DNA of 25,942 nt from positions 1-25,942 of the forward strand of contig BAAFSQ010000138.1 of the NCBI GenBank assembly GCA_054661495.1, given 5' to 3'. Position 1 is the stretch's first letter. Each line of letters begins with the position of its first letter. The notes under the pieces are model-generated. The model had not been told where the DNA came from and ran no database searches. It saw nothing but the letters and a program-made list of their open reading frames with translations. Positions 10,987 through 22,148 of this stretch are shown here, in pieces. This DNA comes from Zygophlyctis sp. KS116 (lineage: Eukaryota; Fungi; Chytridiomycota). The position numbers and the translations under genes are program-made.

Positions 10987-13039
10987 ATGACATTTCAGCA
11001 GTCTATAGACAAGATAATTTCAGCGATCATACATAATAATATCAATCCTTGGTTTTTAAATTGGGAAAAGTCCAGATCTAATGCATTTCAAGATCAATTA
11101 AAAATACTCTTGAGCTCTGTTTTTGTAAAGTTGGGAAGCGGTCTCGGGAAAATGGACAAGATGCATTTTGTGACTTGTATTACTCAGAAACTCAAATTGC
11201 ACTTGAGGCATTATAGGAATATTGAAGGATCGGTCGGTGAAATTTCTGAAATTCCAATAGAAAAATATCTGAAATTATCAAGGAAAATACTAAATTATTC
11301 TCTTCCAAGGAAGGATTCTAGATCTGATCTTTTGACCAGTTTCTTGAATGAAATTCTCGCTGGAACTATTTTACCGCTCCTGATTCGTAAAATATCTAAT
11401 CCGCACTTTTTAAACACAATCATTGCAAGTTCATTATCAATTTCAGAGTCAACTCCAAAGAAAAAGATTAAGGATCTCTATCTTTTAGACATTTTGAAGA
11501 AGGGAATAGGATTGTTGGAATTTATACAGTTTTTAAAAGATCAAAATGCGTATCCAATGATACAATTTTATTATGCAGTAGATTCATATAAAAAAATATT
11601 TGAATTTATGCAAGAAAAAGCCCAAAAAGACTCTGATAAAAGTAAACATGCTCTAGAAATTTTCAAATTATTCTTCTCTTCAAATGCAACTTCACAATCT
11701 AGGATATACTTGCATGGAAATGATGAATTGATAAAGAAAATACTTGAAAATATTCAAGATAATGTAGACTCTAAAGTTTTTGATCCTATTTTAAAATGTA
11801 TTCTAGGACTTTTAGAAGATAGATATCTTCCAGTGTTTAAGAAATCAAAGTATTATACGGAATATTTGAAAGGGAGCTTAATAGGGAATTCTCCTGGATT
11901 AAAAAGGAAAATTGGTTGTAGGAATTTAGAAATTGTACTTTTATTTAGTTAAATAATAGGAAAAGCAGACATTAGAATCAAAATTTATGGAAAATTTTGA
12001 TTTAAGAATCATGGGGAAATTAGATGTTTTATCTTTACAAGATGATTTAAAGTTTTTAGACTCGAAAATTACTGATACTGTGGATAAGGACTTGTTATTA
12101 GATTTGGAAAAAGAGAAGAAGCAAGTTTTAGAAAAGATTAGAAGTATGGATTCAAGTTTAAATTTTGATAAGTTTTGGTCTGGACCTGAAAAAGTACAAG
12201 CTGAAAAGGAACCAGAGGTCATTCATAAAGGAAATAAATGTTCAAAGAGTATTTCAAGGGCATTATCTTGTGTTGGACACAAATTTAGAAGACCATTGCA
12301 ATCATCTAAACCAAAAACTCGCTGTAAATCACAAGATCCATTCCATCGGAGGAAAGTCGAAGACGTGGACTCTGTTAAGCTTTTACAAGAGTTGAAATCT
12401 TTTCAAGGATCATCATCAGATGAAACTATACGATCATATGTGAATCTTGAAAGGACAAAATCAGATTCAGACTATGAGTCAATTCGAGAAAAGGAATTGC
12501 AGGTAGTGAAATATTCTGGACCTCCTCAAAAAGCACATAAAGTGAAACTGGAGGAAATGAACTTTGTTTTGGATTGTACTTGTGAAGTTATCGAGGAAGT
12601 TTTTCATCTAAGTGCTCCCACAAATTGGTTGCGTAATCAAGGTCTATACCTTGTAAAAACGCTAATACGCAATACCTATGGATCAGTTATATCTGATATG
12701 ATTCAAAAAAATGTAGAAAGCATTCTTAACGAGGAGAATATATGTTTATATTTGGACACAATCAGAGAATATATTTGGCCAATTGAAGATTTATCTGATC
12801 CCACAAATGAAGAAAAGAATCTTGCAAAAACAAACGCATGGAACCTTTTAATGCAAGAAAATACACCTCGCGAGACTACTTTGGGGATTGGTATAGATCG
12901 TATTCAAAAAATTGTCGGAAAGTACAATACAATAATTGGACTAACTCGTTTATTTAATATGCTTCAACATGAAGAATTGAATCGCATATTGATGTTTAGC
13001 TTTTTACAAGTTCTTGTAGAGCAATCTTGCACTCTATAA
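10987..13039 (+). CDS. SNX13/14/25-Mdm1-like sorting nexin (PXA, RGS, Nexin_C domains)
   Basis: PXA-like INPWF and FLNEILAGTILPLL..ISNPHFLN. RGS-like FIQFLK..IQFYYAVDSYK..IFKLFF..YLPVFKKSKYY. Nexin_C EVFHL..NWLR..LFNMLQHEELNR. The two ORFs are joined by intron 11935-11959 (25 nt). Confidence 0.75.
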
Positions 13040-13057
13040 ATATATAAATTTTTGTTC

Positions 13058-14077
13058 TTAAATGTTTGAAATATTCAATCTTGTTTCACCAACCTCTTGT
13101 TTACATATTGGACAATTTACACTTTTAGTCAATAGCCAAGGATCAATGCCTATATTTTAGTTTGATATATATAATACATATGGAATGATATACATGATTG
13201 CATGGAGTCATAACTCGCAGATCCTGCCCTGGTCCAAATTCTTCTAAACAAATTGCACAAATAGTTTCTTCTCCTGGAAGATCTTTTAATCTATCATAAT
13301 CTATAATAGGCAAGCTTTCTAATGCAGAATGAGTTACAACCGTATATTTTTTTGAACGTCTCGTCTCACCAAAGCACGATGTGATTATGAATGAGAGAAC
13401 CAGTAAAACCAAAAATATCGGCACCATTGTAAAATCTGAAAATATTGAGCTATAATTCCTCTTTATATCTGCATCCAATCCTTCTTCTCTAAATATTGAT
13501 GATTTCGGACTAAAATCTTTTCCTTTGTACAAGTAAGAAATTGATAACATCAACGATCTATACGTAGATTCAGTGACAAAAAATGATGGAACGGATATAT
13601 CAGACATATTCCTAAATATTTCTGCCTCTCTTTCCAACTGCTCATCATCACAAATCTATCGATAAATTATTAAAATAGTCATACCACCACTGCAATTGCG
13701 CCTAAAGCCTGAACCGTCCGGAGTTTGCGTACAATGTTGCATTCGCCCTGTCGAACTAATGCAATCCAAGAATATTCAAGTGGAAGGTATGGATATGAAG
13801 AAAGTGATTCTGAAATTTCTGGATAATAAATGTTGGAAAGTTGGAAGCTAGAACATGCAAGATCACTATTATCTGGATCCAAAAACGATATGGGAATAAA
13901 AGAACCTTTAATGCCTGAATTTCTTAATACTGGTCCGACTCTTGATTCCTTTGCTCTATGAATTATAAATATTCAATTCAAATACGTGTAATAATCTCCA
14001 TTGTTTAATAGAATAATCGTATCTGCATTCATAGCAATAATGCATTTGAATAGCATGAGGAATACGTAGCGGTTCAT
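13058..14077 (-). CDS. PA-TM-RING-H2 E3 ubiquitin ligase (RNF13/RNF167/RMR-like), 3 introns
   Basis: Signal peptide MNRYVFLMLFKCIIA, PA domain (WIALVRQGEC..K.RTVQALGAIAVV), a TM segment, and RING-H2 CAICLEEF..LRVMTPCNHVYHSICIDPWL..CPICK. Introns 13956-13985, 13656-13684 and 13150-13177. Confidence 0.88.
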
Positions 14078-14216
14078 AATGTTCACTAAACGTGATAAAT
14101 TCGGAAAATACAAGAGTTCTTTCTCATTGAGAGTCTGATTTTATTTAGTGTCCGAAATTATTGACTTGAAGTAAGAATCGGACAGAGTTTGACGTGATTT
14201 TACTGTTATTAAATCA

Positions 14217-14468
14217 ATGACCAGTCTGTCTGATTCTAAACATTCACTCTCTATAAGTACCCCAGAGTCTTTTGATCTAGGAGATACCTTGAATGTTATG
14301 TTTGCAGTTTTAGTCATGGTTGTATTTTTAGTTTTCTTAGGGATGGTTGCAATCATTTATCTATTTTATCAATGGCTGAATAAATTCAAAACTTCATCTC
14401 GAATCAAATCTAAACAATTAAATTCAGCAGAATTAGAAAAAGTTCATTCATTGATTTCTAAATTGTAA
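14217..14468 (+). CDS. Small single-pass membrane protein (83 aa), unknown function
   Basis: ATG-initiated ORF filling the gap between genes. One long hydrophobic segment (VMFAVLVMVVFLVFLGMVAIIYLFY) is followed by a basic tail. Confidence 0.5.
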   Translation: MTSLSDSKHSLSISTPESFDLGDTLNVMFAVLVMVVFLVFLGMVAIIYLFYQWLNKFKTSSRIKSKQLNSAELEKVHSLISKL

Positions 14469-14480
14469 AAATAAAACGGA

Positions 14481-17400
14481 TCATTCAACATCATAGTTAA
14501 GATTAGGGGCAAGCCATCTTTCAATTTCAGAAAGGGGCATCCCTTTACGATCACTATAGTCTTTAATTTGATCTTTTCCGACTTTTCCAACCGCGAAATA
14601 ACTAGATTCAGGATGAGCAAAATATAATCCAGATACGGATGCTGCAGGTAACATGGCTAAAGATTCAGTCAAAGAAATATTGGTAGACTTTTCAATATCC
14701 ATGAGATTCCAAAGTGTGAGTTTTTCAGTATGATCAGGTTGGGATGGATATCCAGGTGCAGGACGTATCCCTTGGTATTTTATTTGAATCATTTCAGAAG
14801 GAGACAGGTTTTCATCAGTCCCATAGCCCCAAAATTCTCTCCTTGTTCTTTCATGCATCAACTCTGCAAAAGCTTCAGTTAATCGATCAGCAAGAGCCTT
14901 CAGCATAATTATAGAAAAGTCATCATAAGTTTTCTCAAATTCAGCACATTTTTCATCTACTCCAAAACCGACAGAAACTGCAAATCCACCAATATAGTCT
15001 TTTAAACCAGATGTAGAAGGAGCGACAAAATCTGATAAACAGTAATACGATTCACTGGAATCAGAGTCCTGATATTCAATTGAACAAAAAATACCTTTTC
15101 AGCTTGCTGTCGAAGTCCATGGAATTTAGCGGTAGGATTAGATCTATCTTCGTCACTATATACTTGAATATCGTCCCCGACTGAATTCGCTGGATAAAAT
15201 CCGACAATACCAGTAGCTTTCAGTATCTTCTTCTCTATAATTGTCTTCAACATATTTTGAGCATCATTATACAATTTCTTGGCTTCTGGACCGATTTCAG
15301 CATCATTAAAAAGCTTGGGAAATCCACGATTAGGATACTTTCCACGGAGTTGCCACGTCTGGAAAAAAGGATTCCAATCAATATATGGTATTAAATCTGT
15401 TAAGCAGTAGTCATTAAAAATCTTGGTTCCAATAAATGAAGGCGCAGCAGCCGGCAAACTTTTGGTCCAATCGATAATAAATCGTTTATTGATCGCTTCC
15501 TGGTAGTCTAGATATCTTCTATCCTTGAGTCCTTCATAGTGTTCTGCCCTTAAATCTTCGTACTCATCAGCCACATCTTCAATGTAATCTTTCACTTATT
15601 TTATGATTAATTTACCTGGTCGAACATCATCATCCAGCAAGGAAGACACAACTACAACTGACCGAGAAGCGTCCAGGACATGAATTACTGGTTTTTCATA
15701 GCGCGGCGCTATCTTGACGGCCGTATGCATTTTGGATGTCGTAGCACCCCCAATCATCAACGGAATCTATTCTTAACAAAAATGTATTTACTTTTAAGTT
15801 TTTTCGCTCCATTTCTTTCGCAACGTAGACCATTTCATCCAAGGATGGAGTAATTAGTCCTGAAAGTCCCAAAACATCCGCCTTGTGTTCAATGCAAGCA
15901 TTGAGTATCTTATCACAAGGTACCATAACTCCTAAATCTACTACTTTATAATTGTTGCACCCCAAAACAACACCCACTATATTTTTTCCAATGTCATGGA
16001 CATCACCCTTCACAGTCGCCATAACTATCGTTCCATTATAAGATGCATTGGGATCATCATCTTCTAGCTGCAGCGACGCTAAGTTGGCAAGTCTCTCCTC
16101 CTCCATAAATGGGATCAAATGTGCCACAGCAGATTTCATCACACGAGCTGATTTGATAACTTGGGGCAAGAACATTTTCCCAGCCCCAAAAAGATCTCCA
16201 ACAATCTTCATTCCAGACATCAAAGGTCCTTCAATTACATTCAATGGTCTTGGATAGAGCTTAGTATTTGATCGAGCTTCTTCCGTGTCCTCTAAGATAT
16301 GTTTCGTGATTCCTTTAACCAATGCATGCATAAGACGTTTTTCGACAGGTTCATTTCTCCAAGCCTCTGCTTCTTCTTGATTCTTCACTCCATTATTTCC
16401 ATGAGATTCAGCGTATGCCAACAATTTTTCTGTAACTTCAGGATCACGATTCCATACTGCATCCTCACAAATTTGCAGAAGGTCTTTTGAGATATCATCA
16501 TATATAGTCAAATACCCCGCATTGACGATTCCCATATCCAATCCAGCCTTAATAGCATGGTAGAGAAAGACTGAGTGCATTGCCATTCGAATTACTTCTT
16601 TACCTCTGAATGAGAAAGACAGGTTAGACACTCCACCACTTATCCGAGCGCCCGGTAAATGTTTTTTAATCAGACGACAAGATTCGATAAATTCTACCGA
16701 ATAATTATTGTGCTCCTCTGTAATGTTAGATTGAATGTATCTATACCTAAACCGGTTGCTATTGTCAAAATATTTGGATCAAAGATGATATCACAAGGAC
16801 GAAAACGCACCTTTTCTGTAAGAATTTTGTAGGATCGGGCACATATTTCAAATTTCCGGTTCGCATCCACTGCTTGGCCTTCTTCATCAAACTGAGAATG
16901 TTATATTAAAGAATCTTACAGCCATGCAAATAACTGCTGCTCCAAAGCGCCGCACAATCGTGGCCTTCTTAATAAACTCCTCTTCACCCTCTTTAAGAGA
17001 TATTGAATTCACGATACACTTCCCTTGTGCACACTTGAGCCCAGCCAATATCACCTCAAAATTTGAAGAATCAACCATAATTGGAACTCTTGCGATATCT
17101 GGCTCGGATGCAATATAATTCATAAACTTCGTCATTGCGGCTTTACCATCCAATAGTCCTTCGTCCATATTGATATCAATCACCTGTGCTCCATTTTCGA
17201 CTTGAGCTCGGCCTATTGCTAATGCTTCTTCATACGCTCCATTTAGAATTTTTTTTGCAAATACTCTTGATCCTTTAATTGTTAAAGAGAATTTAAAGTA
17301 CCAGAGACATTACACCTCTCCCCAATATTCACAAACCCTGTTGTAGTATCCATTTTAAGATTTTCTAGCCCGGCTACAATTAGAACATAAGGATCAAACG

Positions 17401-18431
17401 CAGGAATTTTTCTTGGGGCATATTTTGAACACATTTTTACAAGTGCCCGAATGTGATCAGGAGTGGTTCCACAACATCCACCTAGAATATTTAATAATCC
17501 TAAAGATGCAAACTTTTCTACTTGAGCAGCCATTTGTTCTGGCAGTTGATCATATTCACCAAAAGTATTTGGAAGTCCAGCATTAGGATAACATATAGTG
17601 TAACATGGACTATGCTTTGAAATATTTTGCATAAACGGAAGCATTTGATCTGCCCCAAGAGCACAATTTAGTCCTAATGCCAATGGCCTAGAATGAACAA
17701 CAGAAGTCACAAAAGCTTCACCAGTTTGTCCAGAGAGTGTTCTACCAGACTGATCCACTATTGTACCAGAAATTAAAATCGGACAAACTGGATAACCATC
17801 TTCTTCAAAAACCAAATCAATAGCGTATAATGCTGCTTTGGCATTTAATGTATCAAATATTGTTTCAACCAGTAATAAATCAACACCTCCATCCAACAAT
17901 CCACGAATCTGTTCTCTGTAAGCCTCAACCATAATGTCAAAAGTAGTATTTCTAAATGAAGGATTTTCCACTGATGGAGAAATAGAGAGTGTTTGATTCG
18001 TTGGACCTATTGCACCTGCAACATATCTCGGTTTATCGGGCGTTTTTTCAGTATATAACTTGCACGCCTTTTTAGCTATTTCAGCTGATACCTACAATAT
18101 TGTTAATTGTATATAGTACCTTGTTAATTTCATATACGATATCTTGCATTAAATAATCAGCTTGTGCGATTGTTGTCCCAGAAAATGTATTTGTCTCAAT
18201 GATATCCGATCCGGCTTCTAAATATTCGCAATGAATTCCAAATATAACATCTGGTCTGGTCAAACTCAATAAATCATTATTTCCTTTTAGAAAGTCTTTT
18301 GGATGATCTTTAAAACGATCGCCCCGGAAATCTGATTCGGTGAGTTTATGCTTTTGGATCATAGTCCCCATAGCGCCGTCAAGGAACATGATCCTCCGAG
18401 CCAATTCATCTTTTAGTTGCATAATCGTCAT
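14481..18431 (-). CDS. metH: Cobalamin-dependent methionine synthase (MetH/MTR), ~1252 aa, 7 introns
   Basis: Hcy-binding LDGAMGT and GGCCGTTP, pterin domain [11 protein letters not shown]12 motif GDVHDIGKN and LSGLITPS, activation domain [14 protein letters not shown]. Introns 18092-18119, 17273-17301, 16892-16919, 16718-16746, 15767-15791, 15589-15615 and 15069-15094 give one open frame. Confidence 0.97.
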
Positions 18432-18484
18432 TAAAAACCCAGACCTACTTAAAACTCAAACAGCAAACATCTAATCGGCAATTA

Positions 18485-20046
18485 TTATTCATTCGTGACT
18501 AATGTAGGAGAATAGTAGGAATGCATTGCATCTTCATACTTTAATATATCCTCCGATAAGGATTCTCTCTTGATTTGTTCATGCCTTCCGACTTGTATAT
18601 ACCACCAAGGAATACATAAAAGTACGAATCCAAATCCAATCAATGCATGGAGAAAATATGGGATACTTGATTCATGTTCAGCTGGTGGAACAAATGGAAT
18701 TACAACAATGAAGACACATACAATCAAAAAGAAGATATTTGTGATCCAAGGGCTTTTCAATGGTCGATCTACATCTGGTTTAGTAAATCGCATATAAAGA
18801 AGTCCAACTACAGTAGCACCATAGAATATCCATTCAGGATAAGCTGAAAGATTAATTAGAAACTATAAATTAATATAATCATTAAAAGTACATTGAAAAC
18901 TTCACCAGGAGGAGGACCAAGCATCAAAATTAGAGTATTTACCATATGCAAAAATAGTCCACCAAGAGGAGCTCCTTCTTTAGTTTTATAACTAAAATAA
19001 GAAGAAAAAGGAAAGAATCCCTCTCTAGCAGCGCTCTCTGTGACTCTACTAACACCAAATGTTGCACACATCGAAGATCCAAAAGCAGATAATCCAATAA
19101 AGAATGGAATTACTCTTTGACCAACAACTTCACCCATTGTAGATTTAAAGAATGTTCCTGCTAAAATAGCAGATTTTGGATCAATTTCAGAAGCTGGAAT
19201 GACCAAAAAGTAAGAAGTGACTGCAGCAAGATATAAAATAGAAGTTATCCCTACTGCACTAAATGTTGCTCTGGGTAAAGTTTTAATTGGATCAATGAGT
19301 TCATCAAGAGAGTAATTTAAATTATTCCATCCATCAAAAGTAAAGAATGCTTTTAAAAATGCACCACTTAGTGCATTAGGATCTGATTTAGTTCCTTTAA
19401 AAGGATTAGAGAAATTAGATGCTCTTGGCATGGATGTTAATCCTGTTGAAGCTGTTATTCCTATCAACAATACTAGAGAGAGTAGAAGAATTTTCATTAT
19501 TGATAAAGAATCTTGAATTTTCACACCCATTCTAGGAGCATATCCATGAACCAATGTTGCAAATACAATTGCAAAAACACCTAGAGCCCTACAAACCCAA
19601 TCAAAATATTGCGATAAAAAGGGGAAATCTTGATCATTATCCATAATAAAACTCTTTGAACCAAACAGTGCGTATAAGCAGTATTCACCAAAAGCCACAC
19701 TAAGAGCAGCACTAGCCCCTGGACCTATTAAGAATACCCTAGCCTGAGTAAACATAAAAGCAAACAACCCTCTTGTATTTGGGAATGCATATGCTAGATA
19801 CTCTTTTTCACCGCCCGACACAGGTCGCATTGTCCCTAATTCTGAATAAGCCCATGCTCCAGTGGTAGCAACTATTGATCCCAATAAAAAACAGATTAAC
19901 ACCATTCCTGGTGACCCCACATCTCCCAAGATCAATGCAGGTAGAGAGAAAATGCCTGCTCCTATAGACATTCCAACGCACATCAAGGTTCCAGAAAACC
20001 AAGTGATTGTCCTATTTGGATCATTGATCAGACTTTCTTTTTCCAT
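18485..20046 (-). CDS. APC-superfamily amino acid permease, LAT/Mup1-Mup3 (methionine permease)-like
   Basis: GMSIGAGIFSLP, YSELGTMRPVSGGEKEYL, FTFDGWNNLNYSLDEL.DP.KTLP, AAREG, RPLK motifs and about 12 TM segments. Intron 18863-18891 joins the two ORFs. Confidence 0.88.
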
Positions 20047-20129
20047 TTTTTTCAACTGAGCAAAGCAAATTTTCGGACTAGCAGCACATGAAACTAGGAA
20101 ATTTTGAGTGTTTCATCTGGAAATGTATC

Positions 20130-20168
20130 AAAATTTAATTGGTGCGTATTTCATATAAAAAAAATTTC
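20130..20168. repeat. Left end: candidate TSD AAAATTTA (20130-20137) and subterminal inverted repeat (20147-20168)
   Basis: TATTTCATATAAAAAAAATTTC matches the reverse complement of 24738-24759 (TATTTCATATAAAAAAATTTTC) at 21 of 22 positions. Confidence 0.7.
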
Positions 20169-20334
20169 ATGTTCTAAAAATTTCACGTTCTGAGTTCAAT
20201 TCCCGAAAAAATTAAAACCTTTCAACTTAAACTTTCAAGTTTCGGAATATTCACTTTAACTTGATTGGTCAAAATGTAGCATTACGTCATTTATAAGATA
20301 TGAAAAGGGATTTTGGGGGCGCGTTTTCTTTAAA

Positions 20335-22095
20335 ATGATGTCTGTAGATCCGCAAACACCTCAAAGAAGAGTATCATCTTCCGAAACGTATACGTATATT
20401 TCTAAATAATAGACCATCAAGAAAACGCTTCAAATCGGAAATGGAAGAAGGTGTCAATCAAAGGTATAGTTTTTTATTTTAATTGTTAGAGTTGCTGATT
20501 GTTTGGCTATAGCGCCGCCTGTCTCTGAATTATGTGGACAGAGGACATGCGCACTCCTTGATGCAATAGGTACAAATAATTAATTTAATAATATAGGTAG
20601 TTCTTTGGGGGTAGACCCCATCGCGATCTTAACGATTTTATTGCCTGTTATATCATTTTTAATGGGATCTAACTGTTTCATTACGGCTGATGATAGTCTA
20701 AACTGGAAGGAGCCGATAATTCTTTTTTCTCTTTTAGTGGGTCGAAAAGGGACGCGCAAATCTCCTATTCTTAAAACAATATATGAGCCACTTCGTCAAA
20801 TGTTGCGTTGCCATCAGACGGATAATGTTGATTATATTTTCCTTGATGGAACTTTAGAAGGAATGACAACTCAATTGATGATTAATGACGGAGAAATGCT
20901 GCAGATTACGAATGAGGCAGAACATTATCTAAACAAATTATATTCATTAAAAGGTTACTATCATAATTATTAATAATAGATGATAATAAATTTAGAAGTA
21001 TGTATCTTAACTTTCATGGGGGTGGTCAGTTCAAATTTGTTACCAAAACTCAGGGAGCCACAGAAATAGAAAATGTTGCCCTTAATTTTATTGGTTGTAT
21101 ACATCCGAAAACAATTATAAGTTTTCTTAACCGTAATGAACAAAATCATGACGGTCTTCTAGAAAGGTGATTAATAGAAACAATTCATATTATAGATTTT
21201 TGATTTCAACATTTAACGTGGAGTTTTCAACTATGGAAGACATGCGTAAAAATTTTTTTGATTCTTCAATTTTAAAAGGTAACGAACACACTTAATTATA
21301 GATATTTTTGGTAGAATCTGGGAACAACATCATAAAGAAGAAGAAAAACAGAAAATAATTTATTCAACGGATAATGTTGGTCAATTAAAATTTGATCAGA
21401 TTTTTAATTCTATTTCGATCTTAAGAAGAAATTCAAATAATGAAGACCTCCACGCAGAGTACGGCAAACTTCCTGGAATGGTTCTTCGGATAGCTGGAGT
21501 CTTAAATATTTTGGAAAATGTAATTCTATTGATTAAAAAAATAGGCGTTAGAAAACAAAGGGTTTTCCTCATTTATTACTGCTGATACCATTGAAATGGC
21601 ATACAATGTAGCCAATTATTATTTGACGCAGCGGTAGCATTTATTATTTCAATTTTTAGTGTAATCTTGAAAAATGGTAAGTTTGAAAACGATTTCTGTG
21701 TAATCATGGACAGAAGTTTAGAAGAAGTCGTCATTTGTCCCACGAACTCAGAAATATTCAATGTGAAACGTGTTCTATACTGTTCCGGAAGATCTTTGAG
21801 TAATTCAGATATCGTCAGGGCAAAAAGGATTGACACATCTGAAATTGAAAGAACTTTGGATTTGATTGATTTAGCCGGATTTGGGAAAGTCGCTAAATCA
21901 ACCAGCTTAAGTAACAGAAATAGAGGGGTATTTTCTAGCATTAACCAATAGGAACCGATATTAAAATTGGAAAAGTTTTCTTCTTCACAAATTCTTTCCA
22001 CCGGAATCGGCAGAGCCCGATTTCGACTGTTTCGATTGGAAATATCAGCACTGGATAATTCTATCACGGGAGTGGACGAAGATCTATTTATTTAA
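20335..22095 (+). CDS. DUF3987/YfjI-like (MCM-related) AAA+ ATPase with probable C-terminal winged helix, ~509 aa, 9 introns
   Basis: Introns 20388-20412, 20464-20489, 20570-20596, 20954-20979, 21167-21195, 21279-21301, 21520-21544, 21634-21659 and 21928-21951 give one open frame. Motifs: W.EP..LF.LLVGRKGTRKSP (Walker A), T.EG, ITNE (Walker B variant), FIGCIHP, DGLLERF (Arg finger), GKLPGMVLRIAGVL and ITADTIEMA..V..YY..Q. Confidence 0.8.
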
Positions 22096-22148
22096 AAAAA
22101 ATTTGAAGACTTGAATCTCTGAGATGTCCTAAGCCACTCAAGTTTTTT

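Noticed and set aside
14481-18431. Fragmented MetH ORFs as a pseudogene or bacterial contamination
   Set aside because: Every break is explained by a 25-29 nt GT-AG intron, giving a full-length intact protein.
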